A DNA stretch of 64,000 nt from the NCBI GenBank assembly GCA_964016885.1, contig OZ024743.1, forward strand, positions 316,758,001-316,822,000, written 5' to 3'. This DNA is from Eledone cirrhosa (lineage: Eukaryota). This document shows, piece by piece, positions 48,501 to 61,280 of this stretch; the first letter of the stretch is position 1, and each line of letters begins with the position of its first letter. Both the position numbers and the translations under genes were made by a program. Below the pieces are notes generated by a model, which worked only from the letters and a program-made list of their open reading frames with translations, made no database searches and had not been told where the DNA came from.

Positions 48501-51500
48501 TGTAAGGGACCATGAACAATTGCACCAATGCTAATCTATATAATGTATGTAAGGGACCATGAACAATTGCACCAATGTTCATCTATATAATGTATGTAAG
48601 GGACCATGAACAATTGCACCAATGTTCATCTATATAATGTATGTAAGGGAACATGAACAATTGCACCAATGCTAATCTATATAATGTATGTAAGGGACCA
48701 TGAACAATTACACCAATGTTCATCTATATAATGTATGTAAGGGACCATGAACAATTGCACCAATGCTAATCTATATAATGTATGTAAGGGACCATGAACA
48801 ATTGCACCAATGCTAATCTTAATAATGTATGTAAGGGACCATGAACAATTGCACCAATGCTAATCTATATAATGTATGTAAGGGACCATGAACAATTGCA
48901 CCAATGTTCATCTATATAATGTATGTAAGGGACCATGAACAATTGCACCAATGCTAATCTTAATAATGTATGTAAGGGACCATGAACAATTGCACCAATG
49001 CTAATCTATATAATGTATGTAAGGGACCATGAACAATTGCACCAATGCTAATCTATATAATGTATGTAAGGGACCATGAACAATTGCACCTATGTTCATC
49101 TATATAATGTATGTAAGGGACCATGAACAATTGCACCAATGCTAATCTATATAATGTATGTAAGGGACCATGAACAATTGCACCAATGTTCATCTATATA
49201 ATGTATGTAAGGGACCATGAACAATTGCACCAATGCTAATCTTAATAATGTATGTAAGGGACCATGAACAATTGCACCAATGCTAATCTATATAATGTAT
49301 GTAAGGGACCATGAACAATTGCACCTATGTTCATCTATATAATGTATGTAAGGGACCATGAATAATTGCACCTATGTTCATCTATATAATGTATGTAAGG
49401 GACCATGAACAATTGCACCAATGTTCATCTATATAATGTATGTAAGGGACCATGAACAATTGCACCAATGTTCATCTATATAATGTATGTAAGGGACCAT
49501 GAACAAGTGCACCAATGTTCATCTACATAATGTATGTAAGGGACCATGAACAATTGCACCAATGCTAATCTATATAATGTATGTAAGGGACCATGAACAA
49601 TTGTATCAATGTTCATCTATATAATGTATGTAAGGGACCATGAACAATTGTATCAATGTTCATCTATATAATGTATGTAAGGGACCATGAACAATTGTAT
49701 CAATGTTCATCTATATAATGTATGTAAGGGACCATGAACAATTGTATCAATGTTCATCTATATAATGTATGTAAGGGACCATGAACAATTGCACCAATGT
49801 TCATCTATATAATGTATGTAAGGGACCTTGAACAATTACACCAATGTTCATCTATATAATGTATGTAAGGGACCATGAACAGTTGCACCAATGTTCATCT
49901 ATATAATGTATGTAAGGGACCATGAACAATTGCACCAATGTTCATCTATACAATGTATGTAAGGGACCATGAACAATTGCACCAATGCTAATCTATATAA
50001 TGTATGTAAGGGACCATGAACAATTGCACCAATGTTCATCTACATAATGTATGTAAGGGACCATGAACAATTGCACCAATGTTAATCTATATAATGTATG
50101 TAAGGGACCATGAACAATTGCACCAATGTTAATCTATATAATATATGTAAGGGACCATGAACAATTGCACCAATGCTAATCTATATAATGTATGTAAGGG
50201 ACCATGAACAATTGCACCAATGCTAATCTATATAATGTATGTAAGGGACCATGAACAATTGCACCAATGTTAATCTATATAATGTATGTAAGGGACCATG
50301 AACAATTACACCAATGCTAATCTATATAATGTATGTAAGGGACCATGAACAATTGCACCAATGTTAATCTATATAATGTATGTAAGGGACCATGAACAAT
50401 TGCACCAGTGTTAATCTATATAATGTATGTAAGGGACCATGAACAATTGCACCAATGTTCATCTATATAATGTATGTAAGGGACCATGAACAATTGCACC
50501 AATGTTCATCTATATAATGTATGTAAGGGACCATGAACAATTGCACCAATGTTAATCTATATAATGTATGTAAGGGACCATGAACAATTGCACCAATGTT
50601 AATCTATATAATGTATGTAAGGGACCATGAACAATTGCACCAATGCTAATCTATATAATGTATGTAAGGGACCATGAACAATTGCACCAATGCTAATCTA
50701 TATAATGTATGTAAGGGACCATGAACAATTGCACCAATGTTAATCTATATAATGTATGTAAGGGACCATGAACAATTGCACCAATGCTAATCTATATAAT
50801 GTATGTAAGGGACCATGAACAATTGCACCAATGTTAATCTATATAATGTATGTAAGGGACCATGAACAATTGCACCAATGTTAATCTATATAATGTATGT
50901 AAGGGACCATGAACAATTGCACCAATGTTCATCTATATAATGTATGTAAGGGACCATGAACAATTGCACCAATGTTAATCTATATAATGTATGTAAGGGA
51001 CCATGAACAATTGCACCAATGTTAATCTATATAATGTATGTAAGGAACCATGAACAATTGCACCAATGTTCATCTACATAATGTATGTAAGGGACCATGA
51101 ACAATTGCACCAATGTTAATCTATATAATGTATGTAAGGGACCTTGAACAATTACACCAATGCTAATCTATATAATGTATGTAAGGGACCATGAACAATT
51201 GCACCAATGTTCATCTACATAATGTATGTAAGGGACCATGAACAATTACACCAATGCTAATCTATATAATGTATGTAAGGGACCATGAACAATTGCACCA
51301 ATGTTAATCTATATAATGTATGTAAGGGACCTTGAACAATTACACCAATGCTAATCTATATAATGTATGTAAGGGACCATGAACAATTGCACCAATGTTC
51401 ATCTACATAATGTATGTAAGGGACCATGAACAATTACACCAATGCTAATCTATATAATGTATGTAAGGGACCATGAACAATTGCACCAATGTTAATCTAT

Positions 51501-54500
51501 ATAATGTATGTAAGGGACCTTGAACAATTACACCAATGCTAATCTATATAATGTATGTAAGGGACCATGAACAATTGCACCAATGTTCATCTACATAATG
51601 TATGTAAGGGACCATGAACAATTACACCAATGCTAATCTATATAATGTATGTAAGGGACCATGAACAATTGCACCAATGTTAATCTATATAATGTATGTA
51701 AGGGACCATGAACAATTGCACCAATGTTAATCTATATAATGTATGTAAGGGACCATGAACAATTGCACCAATGCTAATCTATATAATGTATGTAAGGGAC
51801 CATGAACAATTGCACCAATGTTCATCTATATAATGTATGTAAGGGACCATGAACAATTGCACCAATGTTAATCTATATAATGTATGTAAGGGACCATGAA
51901 CAATTGCACCAATGTTAATCTATATAATGTATGTAAGGGACCATGAACAATTACACCAATGTTCATCTATATAATGTATGTAAGGGACCATGAACAATTG
52001 CACCAATGTTAATCTATATAATGTATGTAAGGGACCATGAACAATTACACCAATGTTCATCTATATAATGTATGTGAGGGACCATGAACAATTGCACCAA
52101 TGTTAATCTATATAATATATGTAAGGGACCATGAACAATTACACCAATGTTCATCTATATAGTGTATGTAAGGGACCATGAACAATCGCACCAATGCTAA
52201 TCTATATAATGTATGTAAGGGACCATGAACAATTGCACCAATGTTCATCTATATAATGTATGTAAGGGACCATGAACAATTGCACCAATGTTCATCTATA
52301 TAATGTATGTAAGGGACCATGAACAATTGCACCAATGTTCATCTATATAATGTATGTAAGGGACCATGAACAATTGCACCAATGTTCATCTATATAATGT
52401 ATGTAAGGGACCATGAACAATTGCACCAATGTTCATCTATATAATGTATGTAAGGGACCATGAACAATTGCACCAATGCTAATCTATATAATGTATGTAA
52501 GGGACCATGAACAATTGCACCAATGTTCATCTATATAATGTATGTAAGGGACCATGAACAATTGCACCAATGTTCATCTATATAATGTATGTAAGGGACC
52601 ATGAACAATTGCACCAATGTTCATCTATATAATGTATGTAAGGGACCATGAACAATTGCACCAATGTTAATCTATATAATGTATGTAAGGGACCATGAAC
52701 AATTACACCAATGTTCATCTATATAATGTATGTAAGGGACCATGAACAATTACACCAATGTTCATCTATATAATGTATGTAAGGGACCATGAACAATTGC
52801 ACCAATGTTCATCTATATAATGTATGTAAGGGACCATGAACAATTGCACCAATGTTCATCTATATAATGTATGTAAGGGACCATGAACAATTGCACCAAT
52901 GTTCATCTATATAATGTATGTAAGGGACCATGAACAATTGCACCAATGTTAATCTATATAATGTATGTAAGGGACCATGAACAATTACACCAATGTTCAT
53001 CTATATAATGTATGTAAGGGACCATGAACAATTGCACCAATGTTAATCTATATAATGTATGTAAGGGACCATGAACAATTGCACCAATGTTAATCTATAT
53101 AATATATGTAAGGGACCATGAACAATTGTACCAATGTTCATCTATATTATGTATGTAAAGGACCATGAACAATTGCACCAATGTTAATCTATATAATGTA
53201 TGTAAGGGACCATGAACAATTACACCAATGTTAATCTATATAATGTATGTAAGGGACCATGAACAATTGCACCAATGTTCATCTATATAATGTATGTAAG
53301 GGACCATGAACAATTACACCAATGTTCATCTATATAATGTATGTAAGGGACCATGAACAATTGCACCAATGTTCATCTATATAATGTATGTAAGGGACCA
53401 TGAACAATTACACCAATGTTCATCTATATAATGTATGTAAGGGACCATGAACAATTGCACCAATGCTAATCTATATAATGTATGTAAGGGACCATGAACA
53501 ATTGCACCAATGTTCATCTAAATAATGTATGTAAGGGACCATGAACAATTGTATCAATGTTCATCTATATAATGTATGTAAGGGACCATGAACAATTACA
53601 CCAATGTTCATCTATATAATGTATGTAAGGGACCATGAACAATTACACCAATGTTCATCTATATAATGTATGTAAGGGACCATGAACAATTGCACCAATG
53701 CTAATCTATATAATATATGTAAGGGACCATGAACAGTTGCACCAATGTTAATCTATATAATGTATGTAAGGGACCATGAACAATTGCACCAATGCTAATC
53801 TATATAATGTATGTAAGGGACCATGAACAATTGCACCAATGTTCATCTATATAATGTATGTAAGGGACCATGAACAATTGCACCAATGCTAATCTATATA
53901 ATGTATGTAAGGGACCATGAACAGTTGCACCAATGTTAATCTATATAATGTATGTAAGGGACCATGAACAATTGCACCAATGCTAATCTATATAATGTAT
54001 GTAAGGGACCATGAACAGTTGCACCAATGTTAATCTATATAATGTATGTAAGGGACCATGAACAGTTGCACCAATGCTAATCTATATAATGTATGTAAGG
54101 GACCATGAACAGTTGCACCAATGTTCATCTATATAATATATGTAAGGGACCATGAACAATTGCACCAATGTTCATCTATATAATGTATGTAAGGCACCAT
54201 GAACAATTGCACCAATGCTAATCTATATAATGTATGTAAGGGACCATGAACAATTGCACCAATGTTCATCTATATAATGTATGTAAGGGACCATGAACAA
54301 TTGCACCAATGTTCATCTATATAATGTATGTAAGGGACCATGAACAGTTGCACCAATGTTCATCTATATAATATATGTAAGGGACCATGAACAATTGCAC
54401 CAATGTTCATCTATATAATGTATGTAAGGGACCATGAACAATTGCACCAATGTTCATCTATATAATGTATGTAAGGGACCATGAACAATTGCACCAATGT

Positions 54501-56600
54501 TCATCTATATAATGTATGTAAGGGACCATGAACAATTGCACCAATGTTCATCTATATAATGTATGTAAGGGACCATGAACAATTGCACCAATGTTCATCT
54601 ATATAATGTATGTAAGGGACCATGAACAATTGCACCAATGCTAATCTATATAATGTATGTAAGGGACCATGAACAATTGCACCAATGTTCATCTATATAA
54701 TGTATGTAAGGGACCATGAACAATTGCACCAATGTTCATCTATATAATGTATGTAAGGGACCATGAACAATTGCACCAATGTTCATCTATATAATGTATG
54801 TAAGGGACCATGAACAATTGCACCAATGTTCATCTATATAATGTATGTAAGGGACCATGAACAATTGCACCAATGTTAATCTATATAATGTATGTAAGGG
54901 ACCATGAACAATTACACCAATGTTCATCTATATAATGTATGTAAGGGACCATGAACAATTACACCAATGTTCATCTATATAATGTATGTAAGGGACCATG
55001 AACAATTACACCAATGTTCATCTATATAATGTATGTAAGGGACCATGAACAATTGCACCAATGTTCATCTATATAATGTATGTAAGGGACCATGAACAAT
55101 TGCACCAATGTTCATCTATATAATTTATGTAAGGGACCATGAACAATTGCACCAATGTTCATCTATATAATGTATGTAAGGGACCATGAACAATTGCACC
55201 AATGTTAATCTATATAATGTATGTAAGGGACCATGAACAATTACACCAATGTTCATCTATATAATGTATGTAAGGGACCATGAACAATTGCACCAATGTT
55301 AATCTATATAATATATGTATGGGACCATGAACAATTGTACCAATGTTCATCTATATTATGTATGTAAAGGACCATGAACAATTGCACCAATGTTAATCTA
55401 TATAATGTATGTAAGGGACCATGAACAATTACACCAATGTTCATCTATATAATGTATGTAAGGGACCATGAACAATTGCACCAATGTTCATCTATATAAT
55501 GTATGTAAGGGACCATGAACAATTACACCAATGTTCATCTATATAATGTATGTAAGGGACCATGAACAATTGCACCAATGCTAATCTATATAATATATGT
55601 AAGGGACCATGAACAGTTGCACCAATGTTAATCTATATAATGTATGTAAGGGACCATGAACAATTGCACCAATGCTAATCTATATAATGTATGTAAGGGA
55701 CCATGAACAATTGCACCAATGTTCATCTATATAATGTATGTAAGGGACCATGAACAATTGCACCAATGCTAATCTATATAATGTATGTAAGGGACCATGA
55801 ACAGTTGCACCAATGTTAATCTATATAATGTATGTAAGGGACCATGAACAATTGCACCAATGCTAATCTATATAATGTATGTAAGGGACCATGAACAGTT
55901 GCACCAATGTTAATCTATATAATGTATGTAAGGGACCATGAACAGTTGCACCAATGCTAATCTATATAATGTATGTAAGGGACCATGAACAGTTGCACCA
56001 ATGTTCATCTATATAATATATGTAAGGGACCATGAACAATTGCACCAATGTTCATCTATATAATGTATGTAAGGGACCATGAACAATTGCACCAATGCTA
56101 ATCTATATAATGTATGTAAGGGACCATGAACAATTGCACCAATGTTCATCTATATAATGTATGTAAGGGACCATGAACAATTGCACCAATGTTCATCTAT
56201 ATAATGTATGTAAGGGACCATGAACAGTTGCACCAATGTTCATCTATATAATATATGTAAGGGACCATGAACAATTGCACCAATGTTCATCTATATAATG
56301 TATGTAAGGGACCATGAACAGTTGCACCAATGTTCATCTATATAATATATGTAAGGGACCATGAACAATTGCACCAATGTTCATCTATATAATGTATGTA
56401 AGGGACCATGAACAGTTGCACCAATGTTCATCTATATAATATATGTAAGGGACCATGAACAATTGCACCAATGTTCATCTATATAATATATGTAAGGGAC
56501 CATGAACAATTGCACCAATGTTCATCTATATAATGTATGTAAGGACCATGAACAATTGCACCAATGTTCATCTATATAATATATGTAAGGGACCATGAAC
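39550..56600. repeat. Large tandem duplication ~39.55-47.8 kb / ~47.8-56.6 kb (177-187 monomers)
   Basis: Ordered rare markers: CATTGCT 39691/48009, AGTGCAC 41141/49506, CAGTGTT 42041/50406, GGAACC 42491/51044, GTGAGGG 43521/52074, ATATTAT 44591/53144, TTTATG 46571/55124, AAGGACC 47753/56541. All offsets equal n x 47 - 1. Confidence 0.93.
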
Positions 56601-59600
56601 AATTGCACCAATGTTCATCTATATAATGTATGTAAGGGACCATGAACAATTGCACCAATGTTCATCTATATAATGTATGTAAGGGACCATGAACAATTGC
56701 ACCAATGCTAATCTATATAATGTATGTAAGGGACCATGAACAGTTGCACCAATGTTCATCTATATAATGTATGTAAGGGACCATGAACAGTTGCACCAAT
56801 GCTAATCTATATAATGTATGTAAGGGACCATGAACAGTTGCACCAATGTTCATCTATATAATATATGTAAGGGACCATGAACAATTGTACCAATGTTCAT
56901 CTATATAATGTATGTAAGGGACCATGAACAATTGCACCAATGCTAATCTATATAATGTATGTAAGGGACCATGAACAATTACACCAATCTTCATCTACAT
57001 AATGTATGTAAGGGACCATGAACAATTGCACCAATGTTCATCTATATAATGTATGTAAGGGACCATGAACAATTGTACCAATGTTCATCTATATAATGTA
57101 TGTAAGGGACCATGAACGATTGTACCAATGTTCATCTATATAATGTATGTAAGGGACCATGAACAATTGTACCAATGTTCATCTATATAATGTATGTAAG
57201 GGACCATGAACAATTGTACCAATGTTCATCTATATAATGTATGTAAGGGACCATGAACAATTGTACCAATGTTCATCTATATAATGTATGTAAGGGACCA
57301 TGAACAATTGTACCAATGTTCATCTATATAATGTATGTAAGGGACCATGAACAATTGCACCAATGCTAATCTATATAATGTATGTAAGGGACCATGAACA
57401 AATGCACCAATGTTCATCTATATAATGTATGTAAGGGACCATGAACAATTGCACCAATGTTCATCTATATAATGTATGTAAGGGACCATGAACAATTGCA
57501 CCAATGTTCATCTATATAATGTATGTAAGGGACCATGAACAGTTGCACCAATGTTCATCTATATAATATATGTAAGGGACCATGAACAATTGCACCAATG
57601 TTCATCTATATAATGTATGTAAGGGACCATGAACAATTGTACCAATGTTCATCTATATAATGTATGTAAGGGACCATGAACAATTGCACCAATGATAATC
57701 TATATAATGTATGTAAGGGACCATGAACAATTGTACCAATGTTCATCTATATAATGTATGTAAGGGACCATGAACAAATGCACCAATGTTCATCTATATA
57801 ATGTATGTAAGGGACCATGAACAAATGCACCAATGTTCATCTATATAATGTATGTAAGGGACCATGAACAATTGCACTAATGTTCATCTATATAATGTAT
57901 GTAAGGGACCATGAACAATTGCACTAATGTTCATCTATATAATGTATGTAAGGGACCATGAACAATTGCACCAATGTTCATCTATATAATATATGTAAGG
58001 GGCCATGAACAATTGCACCAATGCTAATCTATATAATGTATGTAAGGGACCATGAACAATTGCACCAATGCTAATCTTAATAATGTATGTAAGGGACCAT
58101 GAACAATTGCACCAATGCTAATCTATATAATGTATGTAAGGGACCATGAACAATTACACCAATGTTCATCTACATAATGTATGTAAGGGACCATGAACAA
58201 TTGCACCAATGTTCATCTACATAATGTATGTAAGGGACCATGAACAATTGCACCAATGTTCATCTATATAATGTATGTAAGGGACCATGAACAATTGCAC
58301 CAATGCTAATCTATATAATGTATGTAAGGGACCATGAACAATTGCACCAATGCTAATCTATATAATGTATGTAAGGGACCATGAACAATTGCACCAATGT
58401 TCATCTATATAATGTATGTAAGGGACCATGAACAATTGCACCAATGTTCATCTATATAATGTATGTAAGGGACCATGAACACTTACACCAATGTTCATCT
58501 ATATAATGTATGTAAGGGACCATGAACAATTGCACCAATGTTCATCTATATAATGTATGTAAGGGACCTTGAACAATTGCACCAATGCTAATCTATATAA
58601 TGTATGTAAGGGACCATGAACAGTTGCACCAATGCTAATCTATATAATGTATGTAAGGGACCATGAACAGTTGCACCAATGTTCATCTATATAATATATG
58701 TAAGGGACCATGAACAATTGCACCAATGTTCATCTATATAATGTATGTAAGGGACCATGAACAATTGCACCAATGCTAATCTATATAATGTATGTAAGGG
58801 ACCATGAACAATTGCACCAATGTTCATCTATATAATGTATGTAAGGGACCATGAACAATTGCACCAATGTTCATCTATATAATGTATGTAAGGGACCATG
58901 AACAGTTGCACCAATGTTCATCTATATAATATATGTAAGGGACCATGAACAATTGCACCAATGTTCATCTATATAATGTATGTAAGGGACCATGAACAGT
59001 TGCACCAATGTTCATCTATATAATATATGTAAGGGACCATGAACAATTGCACCAATGTTCATCTATATAATGTATGTAAGGGACCATGAACAGTTGCACC
59101 AATGTTCATCTATATAATATATGTAAGGGACCATGAACAATTGCACCAATGTTCATCTATATAATATATGTAAGGGACCATGAACAATTGCACCAATGTT
59201 CATCTATATAATGTATGTAAGGACCATGAACAATTGCACCAATGTTCATCTATATAATATATGTAAGGGACCATGAACAATTGCACCAATGTTCATCTAT
59301 ATAATGTATGTAAGGGACCATGAACAATTGCACCAATGTTCATCTATATAATGTATGTAAGGGACCATGAACAATTGCACCCATGCTAATCTATATAATG
59401 TATGTAAGGGACCATGAACAGTTGCACCAATGTTCATCTATATAATGTATGTAAGGGACCATGAACAGTTGCACCAATGCTAATCTATATAATGTATGTA
59501 AGGGACCATGAACAGTTGCACCAATGTTCATCTATATAATATATGTAAGGGACCATGAACAATTGTACCAATGTTCATCTATATAATGTATGTAAGGGAC

Positions 59601-61280
59601 CATGAACAATTGCACCAATGCTAATCTATATAATGTATGTAAGGGACCATGAACAATTACACCAATGTTCATCTACATAATGTATGTAAGGGACCATGAA
59701 CAATTGCACCAATGTTCATCTATATAATGTATGTAAGGGACCATGAACAATTGTACCAATGTTCATCTATATAATGTATGTAAGGGACCATGAACGATTG
59801 TACCAATGTTCATCTATATAATGTATGTAAGGGACCATGAACAATTGTACCAATGTTCATCTATATAATGTATGTAAGGGACCATGAACAATTGTACCAA
59901 TGTTCATCTATATAATGTATGTAAGGGACCATGAACAATTGTACCAATGTTCATCTATATAATGTATGTAAGGGACCATGAACAATTGTACCAATGTTCA
60001 TCTATATAATGTATGTAAGGGACCATGAACAATTGCACCAATGCTAATCTATATAATGTATGTAAGGGACCATGAACAAATGCACCAATGTTCATCTATA
60101 TAATGTATGTAAGGGACCATGGACAATTGCACCAATGTTCATCTATATAATGTATGTAAGGGACCATGAACAATTGCACCAATGTTCATCTATATAATGT
60201 ATGTAAGGGACCATGAACAGTTGCACCAATGTTCATCTATATAATATATGTAAGGGACCATGAACAATTGCACCAATGTTCATCTATATAATGTATGTAA
60301 GGGACCATGAACAATTGTACCAATGTTCATCTATATAATGTATGTAAGGGACCATGAACAATTGCACCAATGATAATCTGTATAATGTATGTAAGGGACC
60401 ATGAACAATTGTACCAATGTTCATCTATATAATGTATGTAAGGGACCATGAACAATTGCACCAATGTTCATCTATATAATGTATGTAAGGGACCATGAAC
60501 AAATGCACCAATGTTCATCTATATAATGTATGTAAGGGACCATGAACAATTGCACTAATGTTCATCTATATAATGTATGTAAGGGACCATGAACAATTGC
60601 ACTAATGTTCATCTATATAATGTATGTAAGGGACCATGAACAATTGCACCAATGTTCATCTATATAATATATGTAAGGGGCCATGAACAATTGCACCAAT
60701 GCTAATCTATATAATGTATGTAAGGGACCATGAACAATTGCACCAATGCTAATCTTAATAATGTATGTAAGGGACCATGAACAATTGCACCAATGCTAAT
60801 CTATATAATGTATGTAAGGGACCATGAACAATTACACCAATGTTCATCTACATAATGTATGTAAGGGACCATGAACAATTGCACCAATGTTCATCTACAT
60901 AATGTATGTAAGGGACCATGAACAATTGCACCAATGTTCATCTATATAATGTATGTAAGGGACCATGAACAATTGCACCAATGCTAATCTATATAATGTA
61001 TGTAAGGGACCATGAACAATTGCACCAATGCTAATCTATATAATGTATGTAAGGGACCATGAACAATTGCACCAATGTTCATCTATATAATGTATGTAAG
61101 GGACCATGAACAATTGCACCAATGTTCATCTATATAATGTATGTAAGGGACCATGAACACTTACACCAATGTTCATCTATATAATGTATGTAAGGGACCA
61201 TGAACAATTGCACCAATGTTCATCTATATAATGTATGTAAGGGACCTTGAACAATTGCACCAATGCTAATCTATATAATG
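55950..61280. repeat. 57-monomer (2678-bp) tandem duplication
   Basis: AAGGACC 56541/59219, TGAACGAT 57113/59791, AATGATAAT 57691/60369, GGCCATG 58001/60679 and ACTTACAC 58481/61159. Offset 2678 = 57x47 - 1. Confidence 0.93.
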
